Positions 18,471 through 28,535 are shown, counted from the stretch's first letter. The stretch is DNA of 45,008 bases from Candidatus Methanophagales archaeon (GCA_028572065.1 JAPVWK010000001.1:1-45008); one strand, 5' to 3'. Made by a program: numbers and translations. The notes: generated from the letters alone by a model not told the origin.

Positions 18471-19775
18471 ATGGTAGAAATTACGGATGTTGTATGCTCC
18501 TTGTGTGGCTGTGTATGTGACGACATCACAGTAGAAGTAGAAGATAACAAAGTGACGAAGGTGAAGAGGGGAGCATGTTCTGTAGGGAAGAGCAAGTTAA
18601 TGGGGCACAACCGGATAAAGAGCCCGGCGATAAGAGTAAATGGCGAGCTTAAGGATTGCTCTTACGATGAGGCGATAAAGAAGGCGGCGGAGATATTGGC
18701 GGCATCGCGAAGACCGCTCTTATATGGCTGGAGTTCCACGGTTTGTGAGGCGGATAAAGTGGGAGTCGAGCTTTCGGAGGAGCTAGGTGCAGTTATAGAT
18801 AATACTGCTTCGGTCTGTCACGGCCCTTCCGTGCTGGCGATTCAAGATGTTGGTCTGCCTTCGTGTACGCTTGGAGAGGTGAAGAACCGTGCAGACGTCA
18901 TTATATACTGGGGTGCGAACCCTGCAGAGGCGCATGCCAATCACATGAAGCGATACTCGTACGTCTCAAAGGGGTTCTGGACCGAAGAGGGCAAAAAGGC
19001 GAAGAAACTTGTCGTTGTTGATGTAAGGGCGACAAAGACGTCGAAGATGGCGGACGTGTTCTTGCAATTAGAGCAAGGTAAAGATTATCTAGTGTTCTCT
19101 GCGTTAAGGGCTATTCTATATGGACATGAAGAGGTAGTACCGGACGAGGTAGGCGGCGTGTCGAAGAAGGACTTATTAGAGACCGCGGAGATGATGAAAG
19201 GCGCGAAGTTCGGGGCAACTTTCTTCGGGATGGGTGTGACGCACACAGGAGCAAGGCAGAACAACATCGTGAATGCGATTCAGATGACGCGAGCAGCGCA
19301 TACGCACACCAAGTTCACGATAACGCCAATGCGAGGGCATTACAACGTAGCAGGGATTAATCAGGTCTGCACGTGGGAGACAGGATTCCCATTTGCCGTT
19401 GACCTATCTAGAGGTTACGCATGGTACAATCCGGGTGAACTATCGGCTACGGACCTTTTAATCAGGCAAGAGTGTGATGCGGCATTGATAATCGCCTCGG
19501 ATCCAGGAGCGCATTTCCCAGGTGAGTCAATAAAACACCTCGCTAAGATTCCGGTCATTCAAATAGACCCATTCCCAAATCCGACAACCGAATTTGCAGA
19601 TGTCGTCTTTCCGGCTGCAGTAAGTGGCGTGGAAGCAGCGGGAAACGTCTACCGGATGGATAATATACCAATACGGCTGCGTAAGTTAATAGATTCAGAA
19701 TATCCAGAAGATGAGGCGATATTGAAGCGAATACTGGACGAAGTACGTGCAATAAAAGAGAAGGAGGACAAGTAA
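18471..19775 (+). CDS. fwdB: Formylmethanofuran dehydrogenase subunit B (Cys-type)
   Basis: CSLCGCVCDD Fe-S motif, DNTASVCHGPS (Cys ligand, not Sec), TLGEVKNRAD, PMRGHYNV. Confidence 0.95.
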   Translation: MVEITDVVCSLCGCVCDDITVEVEDNKVTKVKRGACSVGKSKLMGHNRIKSPAIRVNGELKDCSYDEAIKKAAEILAASRRPLLYGWSSTVCEADKVGVELSEELGAVIDNTASVCHGPSVLAIQDVGLPSCTLGEVKNRADVIIYWGANPAEAHANHMKRYSYVSKGFWTEEGKKAKKLVVVDVRATKTSKMADVFLQLEQGKDYLVFSALRAILYGHEEVVPDEVGGVSKKDLLETAEMMKGAKFGATFFGMGVTHTGARQNNIVNAIQMTRAAHTHTKFTITPMRGHYNVAGINQVCTWETGFPFAVDLSRGYAWYNPGELSATDLLIRQECDAALIIASDPGAHFPGESIKHLAKIPVIQIDPFPNPTTEFADVVFPAAVSGVEAAGNVYRMDNIPIRLRKLIDSEYPEDEAILKRILDEVRAIKEKEDK

Positions 19776-19776
19776 A

Positions 19777-21465
19777 ATGGCAGAAGTTTTGATAAAGAAC
19801 GGAGTGGTTTACGACCCTCTAAATGGCGTGAAGGGCGAGAAGAAGGACATTTGCATTCGTGACGGTAAAGTAGTTGAATCAGTAAAGAATCCGAAGGTGA
19901 TAGACGCCGAGGGGCGAGTGGTAATGCCCGGAGGTGTGGACATACATTCGCACATTGCAGGCGGTAAAGTGAATTCGGGCAGGCTGTTCCGACCAGAAGA
20001 TGGCCGGAAAGGGTTAGAAGCGAAGACGAAAGTTTGCCGGATGCAATCTGGCTATTCTGTGCCGAATACGTTCGCAGTCGGCTATCGGTATGCGAAGATG
20101 GGCTATACGTTCGTGATGGAAGCGGCAATGCCACCTCTGGCTGCAAGACATACGCATGAAGAGCTGGTAGATATTCCGATATTGGATAATGCGGCATTAC
20201 CGCTCCTTGACAACAACTGGATGACAATGGAATATGTAAATGGTGGGGACATAGACCTGCTTGCTGCGTACGTTGCATGGATAATGAAAGCAACAAAGGG
20301 CTTCGGCGTGAAAATCGTGAATCCAGGCGGAACAGAGATGTGGGGCTGGGGAAAGAACTGCAGTTTGAATGATAACGTGCCTACGTTCGATGTTACACCG
20401 GCAGAGATAATAAAAGGTTTAGCAGAAGCGAATGAGAAGTTAGAGATGCCGCATTCTATTCACGTGCATACGAACATGCTCGGTCATCCGGGGAACTTCG
20501 AGATAACAAAGGAGACTTATGACCTCGTGAAAGGCGTAAACACAGTTAAAGACCGGCAGGTTATGCACACTACACATACGCAGTTCCATTCTTACGGCGG
20601 TACGAACTGGGGCGATTTCGAGTCGAAGGCGGATGCAATTGCAGGTTATATAAACCAAAACGACCATGCAACTATTGACATCGGCTCTATAATCCTTGGA
20701 GATACAACGACAATGACCGCAGATGGCCCGATGGAATACAATTTGTATCAGATAACGGGCAGGAAATGGACGAATCACGATGTCGAGCTTGAGACGGGTT
20801 CGGGAATAACACCGTTCTTGTATTCCGGTAAATCACCCGTAAATACTATCCAGTGGGCAATAGGTATGGAATTAGCATTGCTGGTTGAAGACCCGTGGAA
20901 GATTGCGCTCACGACCGACCATCCAAATGCAGGACCGTTCATCGGCTATCCAATCCTTATTTCGATGCTGATGAGCCAGAAGAGGCGTGAAGAGTCGTCG
21001 GCTGATATGCACAAGGTAATATACGATAAGGCGCTGCTGCCTTCTATAGATCGTGAATACAGCCTATATGAGATAGCGATAATAACGAGGGGTATGACTG
21101 CGAAGGCGTTGGGATTGCATGAGCACGGTAAAGGACATCTTGGCGTTGGTGCGGACGGTGACGTGGCGATTTATGATATGTCACCGGAAGAAAGGGATGC
21201 GGGTAAGATACAGAAAGCGTTCTTGAACACGAAATACACGATAAAAGGCGGACAAATAGTAGTAAAGGACGGCGAAGTGGTTGCGACACCGGATGGCAAG
21301 ACGTATTTCGTGACGCCGGAATGTGACGATACGTTGACGGATGAGATGCTGGTCAAGTTGAAGGATAAGTTCGATCATTACTACTCGGTGACCTTCAATA
21401 ATTATCCGGTGCAGGACGATTACGTACCGAATCCATATGAGATAAAAACGCAAATGCGTGGCTAA
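19777..21465 (+). CDS. fwdA: Formylmethanofuran dehydrogenase subunit A
   Basis: GGVDIHSHIAGGKVN, KIVNPGG, HSIHVH, THTQFHSYGG, TTDHPNAGPF. Confidence 0.95.
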   Translation: MAEVLIKNGVVYDPLNGVKGEKKDICIRDGKVVESVKNPKVIDAEGRVVMPGGVDIHSHIAGGKVNSGRLFRPEDGRKGLEAKTKVCRMQSGYSVPNTFAVGYRYAKMGYTFVMEAAMPPLAARHTHEELVDIPILDNAALPLLDNNWMTMEYVNGGDIDLLAAYVAWIMKATKGFGVKIVNPGGTEMWGWGKNCSLNDNVPTFDVTPAEIIKGLAEANEKLEMPHSIHVHTNMLGHPGNFEITKETYDLVKGVNTVKDRQVMHTTHTQFHSYGGTNWGDFESKADAIAGYINQNDHATIDIGSIILGDTTTMTADGPMEYNLYQITGRKWTNHDVELETGSGITPFLYSGKSPVNTIQWAIGMELALLVEDPWKIALTTDHPNAGPFIGYPILISMLMSQKRREESSADMHKVIYDKALLPSIDREYSLYEIAIITRGMTAKALGLHEHGKGHLGVGADGDVAIYDMSPEERDAGKIQKAFLNTKYTIKGGQIVVKDGEVVATPDGKTYFVTPECDDTLTDEMLVKLKDKFDHYYSVTFNNYPVQDDYVPNPYEIKTQMRG

Positions 21466-21485
21466 AGAAGGAGGAAAGAAAAAAA

Positions 21486-22271
21486 ATGCAGACGATAAAA
21501 TTGAAAATAAAGGATAATGTTACGAGCGGAGTTGCGAAGATACCCGTTGAGGTGGAGTCCTTGACCCCGGATAAACTTGTCGGAAAGAGTGAAGCCGAGG
21601 TAAAGGCTGTTAAGGTCTGGTGGGGCAACAAGGAAGAGAATACGGGCGATCTGTTCGATGTGAGCGTAGAGGGAACTGCCGGTAGTGCGGACGAGGTGAA
21701 GATCGTGCTGGATGGTGATTTGTCGCGAGTGAAGCGGATAGGCGATGGTATGACCGCAGGCGAGATAGAGGCTAACAGTAACGTGGATATGCACTGCGGT
21801 GCGATGATGAGCGGCGGTAAAATCACGGTGAAGGGTAATGCCGATTGCTGGGCTGGTCGTGAAATGCACGGTGGAGAGCTGGTTATAGATGGAGATGCTG
21901 CAGCTAACCTCTGTGCGATGTACCGGGGTGAAGATAAGGGCATGACCGGCGGGAAAGTTACGGTTGGCGGCAATGCCGATGAGTGTGTCGGGCAGTACAT
22001 GGCTGGTGGCGAGATAGAGATAAAAGGGAATGCGAGAATGCTTGCCGGATTGAACCTGAGCGGTGGTAAGATAGTTATCGGGGGCGATGCCGTTATGCCG
22101 GGTGCGGATATGACGAATGGTGAGATAACTGTGAAGGGTACGGTGCAGGATATGATGCCTTCGTTTAAGTTGGAGGGTACGGAGTCAATAGACGGTGCGG
22201 AATACAAGAAATATAGCGGCGATCTCGCAATGACGGCGAGGAAGGCTAAAGGTACATTGTATGTGAAGTGA
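21486..22271 (+). CDS. fwdC: Formylmethanofuran dehydrogenase subunit C
   Basis: RVKRIGDGMTAGEI, repeated G..M.GG.I.V.GN beta-helix, YRGEDKGMTGG. Confidence 0.93.
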   Translation: MQTIKLKIKDNVTSGVAKIPVEVESLTPDKLVGKSEAEVKAVKVWWGNKEENTGDLFDVSVEGTAGSADEVKIVLDGDLSRVKRIGDGMTAGEIEANSNVDMHCGAMMSGGKITVKGNADCWAGREMHGGELVIDGDAAANLCAMYRGEDKGMTGGKVTVGGNADECVGQYMAGGEIEIKGNARMLAGLNLSGGKIVIGGDAVMPGADMTNGEITVKGTVQDMMPSFKLEGTESIDGAEYKKYSGDLAMTARKAKGTLYVK

Positions 22272-22275
22272 GTGA

Positions 22276-22304
22276 GGGGGGGATACCCCTTCTTTTTGTT
22301 TTTT
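22276..22304 (+). terminator. Terminator of fwd operon
   Basis: G-run / CCCCT short stem followed by TCTTTTTGTTTTTT right after the fwdC stop. Confidence 0.55.
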
Positions 22305-22615
22305 ACCACGAGATTACATGGATTTTCACGAGATTATATAATAATATTGTTGGTCTATTATTAATAGGGTTAGTACAAATTAAGACATTAAAAGCGAGAG
22401 GTGCTAAAAGGGCTTTAGTGGAGATGATGTTGGAGAATGATGAGTGAATTGATTTGAAAAGATGGGATTTAGTCCAGAGTGTATATGCGAAATATTGCGG
22501 AATACTACGCTGTCCGAGATTAGTGATAAGGCATGAGGATTAAAGCGAATGTGAGACCGAGTATCAAAAAAGTAAGAATAGTTCAGTGTATATCTAATAA
22601 AAGAGGTAAAAAGTT

Positions 22616-23710
22616 ATGACAAAATCCCCCCATCTTGGCATTGACCTCTTTGCAGGTAGTGGTGGTATCTCTTACGGTCTTTTACATGCAGGATTTGACA
22701 TGAGATTAGGAATTGATATTGATCCTAATTTCGCCTTTACTCTGAAAGAGAATAACAAAGATATGAAAGTAGTAGTATCAGACATAAGAGTGTTAGAGCC
22801 CACAGAAGTTGTAAAATCTGCTGGGCTGCGGAAAAAAGATATAGCCCTTATTGTCGGCGGCCCCCCATGCAGGGGCTTTTCTCAATCTAACCGCAGATCC
22901 AGAAATTTGGACAATCCTTTAAACAATCTCTATAAAGAATTCTTTAGATTTATAAGAGTACTTCAACCACAAATCTTTCTTTTAGAGAATGTGGCAGGGC
23001 TTAAAACTCTGCACAAAGGAGCAGTGCTCCAAGATATTTTAAAAATAGGAGAAAAACTTGGATATTATGTTCAGTGGAATATAGTCAACGCAGAAGATTT
23101 CGGAGTGCCTCAGCGGAGGAAGAGGATAATTTTTATAGGGACAAAACAGAAGACCGATAATCTTTTTTATGTGAAAAAAAATAAACCTTTAACTGTTAGA
23201 AGTGCATTGGACGACATGCCTGTTTTAGAGAACGGAAATGTAGTTGATGAATTAAAGTATTCTCGGGACAGTAAACTATCAAAATATCAAAAAATGATGA
23301 GAAAGAATAATGGAAACATCGTTTCAAACAATTTAGTTACAAAAAACGGTAGATTAGTTATGGAACGGTACAACTATATTCCACCCGGCGGAAATTGGCG
23401 AAGCATCCCCACTCAGTTGATGTTTAATTATAAAAACCCAAACAACTGCCACGGCTGGATATATTACCGGCTCAAATGGGATGACCCATCAGTGGTAATA
23501 AGCAATTTCAGAAAAAACATGCTGATACACCCTGAGCAGCACAGGGGTCTTTCTGTCAGAGAGGCGGCGAGATTGCAGTCTTTTCCAGACCACTACGTTT
23601 TTCATGGTCCACTTACATCTCAGCAGCAGCAGGTTGCAAATGCTGTCCCCCCTCTGTTAGCAGAAAAAATTGGGAATAATATAATCAAATATTTGATGGA
23701 GGTGCAGTGA
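22616..23710 (+). CDS. dcm: DNA (cytosine-5)-methyltransferase
   Basis: Motif I DLFAGSGG, IV GGPPCRGFS, VI LENV, VIII QRRKR, IX-X REAARLQSFP...QQVANAVPP. Confidence 0.95.
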   Translation: MTKSPHLGIDLFAGSGGISYGLLHAGFDMRLGIDIDPNFAFTLKENNKDMKVVVSDIRVLEPTEVVKSAGLRKKDIALIVGGPPCRGFSQSNRRSRNLDNPLNNLYKEFFRFIRVLQPQIFLLENVAGLKTLHKGAVLQDILKIGEKLGYYVQWNIVNAEDFGVPQRRKRIIFIGTKQKTDNLFYVKKNKPLTVRSALDDMPVLENGNVVDELKYSRDSKLSKYQKMMRKNNGNIVSNNLVTKNGRLVMERYNYIPPGGNWRSIPTQLMFNYKNPNNCHGWIYYRLKWDDPSVVISNFRKNMLIHPEQHRGLSVREAARLQSFPDHYVFHGPLTSQQQQVANAVPPLLAEKIGNNIIKYLMEVQ

Positions 23711-24633
23711 TGGAATATATAAAGAAAATAATCCAAGCTAATCCTAAAATGAATAAAATTTTCACTATGATAATGGAAAAGGATCAGTATTATTGGAAAA
23801 GATTTACTGGACGACCAGATGAAATTTTTAAATGGCTCCACAATTTTTCTAATGAAGATGAGATTTATCTCGCATTAGTGTTGGCAAACAACACTTTATA
23901 TTATAATCTGGACGAAGTTAGAAGTTTATGGAGAAGAATTTTAATGAACAGGGTAAAATTGTTTTTATTGGATGAAATATTCCGAAATACGGAACTTCCA
24001 GATATTGAAAAATGGTTTCCAGAATATCTTAGAGAAAAATGCATTTTTATAGGATATGGAAAAGCCGGCAAAAGTGGGCAGTCTATGGTTTATTTTTTCA
24101 AACAATCACACAATGTAAAGGGTTTAAAATACATGGAGCTTTTTGAATTTTTGCACAGCACTGAAGATTTCAGCACTAAAGAAACGGTTTTCCTCTTAGA
24201 TGATTTTGTAGGCAGTGGAAATCAGGCAATAACAACCTGGTATAATAATAAAACCAATGACAAAAGTTTTAATGACGTATCTGAGGAAAATCCTCATCTT
24301 AAATTTATTTATCTCGCTCTGATCTGCTTTAAAGAGGGAAAGAAAGTAATTGAAGAGAATACGCCAATGAAGGTTATTTTAGGTGAAGAACTGGATGAAA
24401 GATTTAAGTGTTTTTCTGATGTTTCAGTGATTTACGAAAATCCAAATGAACGGATTGAAGCAAAAAGAGTTATGGAAGAAAAAGGAAGAATGCTATACGA
24501 ATATCCTTTGGGCTATGATAATATGGAGTTGGCGGTAGCCTTTTATCACAATACGCCGAACAACAGTTTGCCAGTAATTTGGAAAAGGAGAGATGATGAA
24601 AGTTGGTATCCTTTATTTGAGCGATTTGAATAG
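23707..24633 (+). CDS. Phosphoribosyltransferase-like protein (conflict-system type PRTase)
   Basis: PRPP-binding loop VFLLDDFVGSGNQA; also GKSG, PLGY and HNTPNNSLPVIW...WYPLF.R motifs; start overlaps dcm stop (GTGATG). Confidence 0.75.
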   Translation: MMEYIKKIIQANPKMNKIFTMIMEKDQYYWKRFTGRPDEIFKWLHNFSNEDEIYLALVLANNTLYYNLDEVRSLWRRILMNRVKLFLLDEIFRNTELPDIEKWFPEYLREKCIFIGYGKAGKSGQSMVYFFKQSHNVKGLKYMELFEFLHSTEDFSTKETVFLLDDFVGSGNQAITTWYNNKTNDKSFNDVSEENPHLKFIYLALICFKEGKKVIEENTPMKVILGEELDERFKCFSDVSVIYENPNERIEAKRVMEEKGRMLYEYPLGYDNMELAVAFYHNTPNNSLPVIWKRRDDESWYPLFERFE

Positions 24634-24644
24634 GAGGAAATAAA

Positions 24645-26711
24645 ATGGAGAAACATATAAAAAACAGATTCGATGAAAAAAGACCTTTTGATGTTCTGAG
24701 GGCAGAAGATTTTGGCGGGGACCTTTACGAATTTTATGAGCCGCTTGAAGAATTAATAAGGAAAGTTTCTGGGGTGGATATCACCGGCAGCAGACCCGTA
24801 TTCTTAATCGGAGGGAGAGGCACAGGCAAAACTATGGTGCTGAAATTTTTAAGTTTAGAAATGCAGTTGAAATATTCCATAAAAAATACAGCAAATCAAA
24901 ATAAATCCATAGAAGAATTAAGTGCAGAAGAGATGAAAGCATTTTTAGACAGCACAAAATTTATAGGAATCTTTTTGCATTTTAGAACAACAGAATATGA
25001 TTCTATAAAAGGGGAGGTTGCCCCGTTTTTTAAGCCGTATCTATCTATGAAAGTAGCAGAGCAGATATTCAAATTTCTAATGATTTTTAAATCTTCTGGA
25101 CTGGTGTCCAGCGAGCAGGAAATAAAAATTACGGAATACTTTATCGAGCAGATTAAAGAGCCTACGCCAAGAGCGAAAAATAGTTTTGATGATGCTCTAA
25201 AATTAATTAGGAAAGATATTCTTCCGCAATTTGAAACGATTTTTGAAAAGAGTTCTTATTATTCTATTGATGAAATTAAAAGAGATTTTGGCATTCCGGT
25301 GCTGATTTTCAAAAACATCATTTTTGGTTTACCGGACTTTATATTTAATGAGCTGGATTTTTTGAGAGGAAAGAATATTTTTATCCTTTTAGATGAGTTG
25401 GAATATTTAAATAATTCCCAGAAGCGGTGCATCGGACAGTTGATAAAAGACAGTGATGAAACATCCGTCATATTTAAAGTGGGCTCTCGATATATGCCTG
25501 AAATTCTCCCAGTGGGAGAAAGTAGCGAAGTGCTCCAAGAACCTCATGACTTCAGAAAAATCGATATTACAGATGCACTGAATGCCGCACACAGCGGAAG
25601 AAAAAAAGACTACAACGGACTTATAAGAAAAATATTAAACAAACGCCTATCGAAAAGCAATTTCTTTAAGAGTAGAGGTATAACAAACATAGAACAGTTA
25701 TTTCCGGACCTATCCACCGAAGATGAGGCTGTAGCATTGGTTAACGATCGAGAAAAGCAGTGGGGAAAATTCAAAACCTTCTTAAAAAAATCAAACTCCA
25801 AAGAAGAGATTAAAGATATTATAGACTGCCTTAAGCATCCAAGTAATCCCATTATTGAAAAGCTGAACATGCTTTTATACTACAGGGGGAAATCTCCACA
25901 AGAGATTAAAAAGATGTGTGAAGAGTATCTAAGGGGAGAAAATGAGCAGTATGCTCAACTTTACCAAAAAAATGCCCTCAATCTTTTATTTCAACTATAC
26001 AGTGACTACCGAAGCGAAAAAAAGTATGTCGGAATTGATGTTTTTATCCATTTATCGTCCGGAATAATTCGTAATGCTGTCGAACTCTGCAATCACGCAC
26101 TCAATACAGCATATAATTATGGATATGAACCAGAATCAGGAAAGCCTGTTGAGCCTCTTTGCCAAGATATGGGAGCAAAAAATTACGCTGAACTTGAATA
26201 TGGGGATATAACACGAATTCCTGGCAGCTTGGATTTAGATGATATAACACGAATTCCATTGGGTTTGAAGGTTCAGGATTTTATAAATGAAATCGGCACA
26301 ATTTTTAGGAATCTTCATTTGAATAAGTATTTAGTCGAGCCTGAGCCCACTCATTTTGAAACAACTTACTCAGAAATAACAGGCCAAGCAAAAAAAGTTT
26401 TTGATGCAACTTTAAATTATTCCTACTTGCAGAAAAAACCTCCAATGGACCCTAAAAGCCGCTATGAAACAAAGAAAGGCGACTTTCTTACCAACAGAGT
26501 CTTTGCACCGTACTTTGAAATTTCTTACAGAGTAAGAGGCAGAACCTATATATCCGCTTCTCAAATCTACAATCTTATCATGGGAAATAATGAAGAAAAA
26601 GAGAAGACGCGAAGAAAAATAATCAGAGAAAACACAAAGAAAGAAAAACTTGGAGATGGTATCCAAAAAACCTTAAATCTATATGGGGCGGAAAAAAATG
26701 AGATTGATTGA
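24645..26711 (+). CDS. P-loop ATPase (ORC/CDC6/STAND-like) with long helical C-terminus
   Basis: Walker A GGRGTGKT, Walker B FILLDELE, N-terminal PF..LRAEDF, LSSGIIRNAVELC; RBS GGAGG. Confidence 0.8.
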   Translation: MEKHIKNRFDEKRPFDVLRAEDFGGDLYEFYEPLEELIRKVSGVDITGSRPVFLIGGRGTGKTMVLKFLSLEMQLKYSIKNTANQNKSIEELSAEEMKAFLDSTKFIGIFLHFRTTEYDSIKGEVAPFFKPYLSMKVAEQIFKFLMIFKSSGLVSSEQEIKITEYFIEQIKEPTPRAKNSFDDALKLIRKDILPQFETIFEKSSYYSIDEIKRDFGIPVLIFKNIIFGLPDFIFNELDFLRGKNIFILLDELEYLNNSQKRCIGQLIKDSDETSVIFKVGSRYMPEILPVGESSEVLQEPHDFRKIDITDALNAAHSGRKKDYNGLIRKILNKRLSKSNFFKSRGITNIEQLFPDLSTEDEAVALVNDREKQWGKFKTFLKKSNSKEEIKDIIDCLKHPSNPIIEKLNMLLYYRGKSPQEIKKMCEEYLRGENEQYAQLYQKNALNLLFQLYSDYRSEKKYVGIDVFIHLSSGIIRNAVELCNHALNTAYNYGYEPESGKPVEPLCQDMGAKNYAELEYGDITRIPGSLDLDDITRIPLGLKVQDFINEIGTIFRNLHLNKYLVEPEPTHFETTYSEITGQAKKVFDATLNYSYLQKKPPMDPKSRYETKKGDFLTNRVFAPYFEISYRVRGRTYISASQIYNLIMGNNEEKEKTRRKIIRENTKKEKLGDGIQKTLNLYGAEKNEID

Positions 26712-27720
26712 AAATTTATCTGTTCTTTCCCTAGAAAAGTTTTTAAGTCCGCCGCGAAAGTGGGATATTTTTATATCCTGTGGGAGCTTTGAAGAGAGAT
26801 GCACGAGAAGCAGTGATATTTTCCCAGATAAAAAAGTGGAAATTGGAACTTCTATAATATTTAATTATAAAGAAACTGACCCAAAAAATAAGAAAGAAGA
26901 ATACATCCAGAGAATAAAATGTAATCTGCAACAGATTTGCAAGTACGTTCATATTTTTGATACAGAGAGCGTCTCTTTACCTTCTGATGGGATAAAAAAG
27001 TTTTTGGTATATCTCAAAGAAAAAGACATTGATTTGAGGGATAAAGAAATAGTTGTTGACATAACTGTATTCACTAAGCCGTATTTTTTTCTCCTTTTTA
27101 AAGTGTTGCAAGAGAAATTTAACCTTCATCAATTTCATATTATTTATACTGAGCCACAGAAATACAAAAGTAGAAACTCTAACAAGAATGAGATTATTTT
27201 GACAGAAGGACTTGATCGTGTCGAATCTAGTCCTGGTTTTGTAGGTTCTTCTATAAATTCCAAAGATGCCTTAATTGTACTTCTTGGATTTGAAGGAAAG
27301 AGAGCAACAGAAGTATTTGATAATATTAACCCGGAATTAACTTTTGCCATCAATGGATTTCCATCATATCAACCTGGATGGCATAAAATAAGCTTGGAAG
27401 CAAACCTGCGCTTTTTAGGAGAATCGGGAGCATCTGATTATTTATTTTTCGCTCCTGCTGTCGATCCGTTTGAAACTAAAAAAGTAGTGTCTCAGATAGT
27501 TAAAGAAATTGAAGAAGACAATCAAGATTTGAATATTGTCATAGCGCCTCTCGGCACTAAGATGCAAGCTTTTGGCGTTTTATTGTATGCTTTTCAAAAT
27601 AACACAACAAAAGTGATTTACCCATTCCCTTCCGTTTATAAAGCGGATTATTCATACAAATATGGACCCACTTGGGTTATTAAGGTTGATTTGAACAAGT
27701 TAAACAGTGAAACAAAATGA
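26698..27720 (+). CDS. Hypothetical protein, probably two Rossmann-like (CARF-like?) halves
   Basis: 340 aa; motifs ISCGSFEERC, VVDITVFTK, YTEPQKY, LLGFEGKRA, IAPLGTKMQ, YP.P..Y; start overlaps ATPase end, stop overlaps next ATG (ATGA). Confidence 0.65.
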   Translation: MRLIENLSVLSLEKFLSPPRKWDIFISCGSFEERCTRSSDIFPDKKVEIGTSIIFNYKETDPKNKKEEYIQRIKCNLQQICKYVHIFDTESVSLPSDGIKKFLVYLKEKDIDLRDKEIVVDITVFTKPYFFLLFKVLQEKFNLHQFHIIYTEPQKYKSRNSNKNEIILTEGLDRVESSPGFVGSSINSKDALIVLLGFEGKRATEVFDNINPELTFAINGFPSYQPGWHKISLEANLRFLGESGASDYLFFAPAVDPFETKKVVSQIVKEIEEDNQDLNIVIAPLGTKMQAFGVLLYAFQNNTTKVIYPFPSVYKADYSYKYGPTWVIKVDLNKLNSETK

Positions 27721-28535
27721 AATTCGTTAAATTCTCAAACAGGTTGTTGATTTGGCATTTTCATATTAAGAAAAAATTTGGATGGCGAGAAACCAAAGAC
27801 CCTTATAAAATCCTCATCTCCGAAATTCTTCTCCACAAGACGGATTCAAAAAAAGTTGAAAAAGTTTATCCAAAATTCATTGACAAATTTCCAACAATAT
27901 ATCATCTCTATCAGGCTGAGCCTGAAGAAATTGATGATCTAATCAAAGATATCGACTTGTTTTACAGGGGACAAAGATTGAAAAAAAATGCAGAACAAAT
28001 TGTTAATCAGTTCAAAGGAAATATTCCTACGCGTAAAGAAGATCTTATGTCCCTTTATGGTGTTGGGGAATATATATCAAATGCAGTTCTGTGCTTTGCA
28101 TTTAAAAAAAGAGTCCCAATTGTTGATACCAATGTAATCAGAGTTTATGGGCGGGTGTTTAATGTTAAATCCCAAAAATCGCGTCCTCATACCGATAAAA
28201 AGATGTGGGATTTTGCAGAAAAAATGCTTCCTAAGGAAAATTACGTGGACTATAATTATGCTCTCCTTGACTTTGCTTCAGATATTTGCAGAGCAAAGAA
28301 TCCTTTATGTGAAATTTGTCCGCTAAAAAGTATATGCGTGTATCGGAAAGAAGGGGGGTATGAGAGCCCAGTGGGAAATAAGGCAGATAGTGTGGATGAT
28401 ATTGCGAGAGGCAAAAAAGTAGCACTATCATCTTTGAAAATGCATGACCTCCGGGTGATAACTGTCGCGAGCATGATTTTCTATGCGAAATGTGAAATGA
28501 AGGGCAAAATTCAGATAAAAGCAGTAAAGAGGTGA
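27717..28535 (+). CDS. HhH-GPD DNA glycosylase, Mig/MutY-like (probable T:G mismatch glycosylase)
   Basis: WRETKDPYKILISEILL, HhH LYGVGEY (Tyr rather than the Endo III Lys), VDTNVIR, FCL cluster CRAKNPLCEICPLKSIC; about 60 aa atypical C-terminal tail. Confidence 0.85.
   Translation: MKFVKFSNRLLIWHFHIKKKFGWRETKDPYKILISEILLHKTDSKKVEKVYPKFIDKFPTIYHLYQAEPEEIDDLIKDIDLFYRGQRLKKNAEQIVNQFKGNIPTRKEDLMSLYGVGEYISNAVLCFAFKKRVPIVDTNVIRVYGRVFNVKSQKSRPHTDKKMWDFAEKMLPKENYVDYNYALLDFASDICRAKNPLCEICPLKSICVYRKEGGYESPVGNKADSVDDIARGKKVALSSLKMHDLRVITVASMIFYAKCEMKGKIQIKAVKR

Noticed and set aside
18471..19775. Selenocysteine in FwdB
   Set aside because: The ligand codon is TGT (ASVCHGP) and the ORF is uninterrupted.
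19649..22309. Long antisense ORFs (215 aa and 304 aa) over fwdA/fwdC
   Set aside because: They fully overlap well-conserved genes and carry no motifs; codon-bias shadows.
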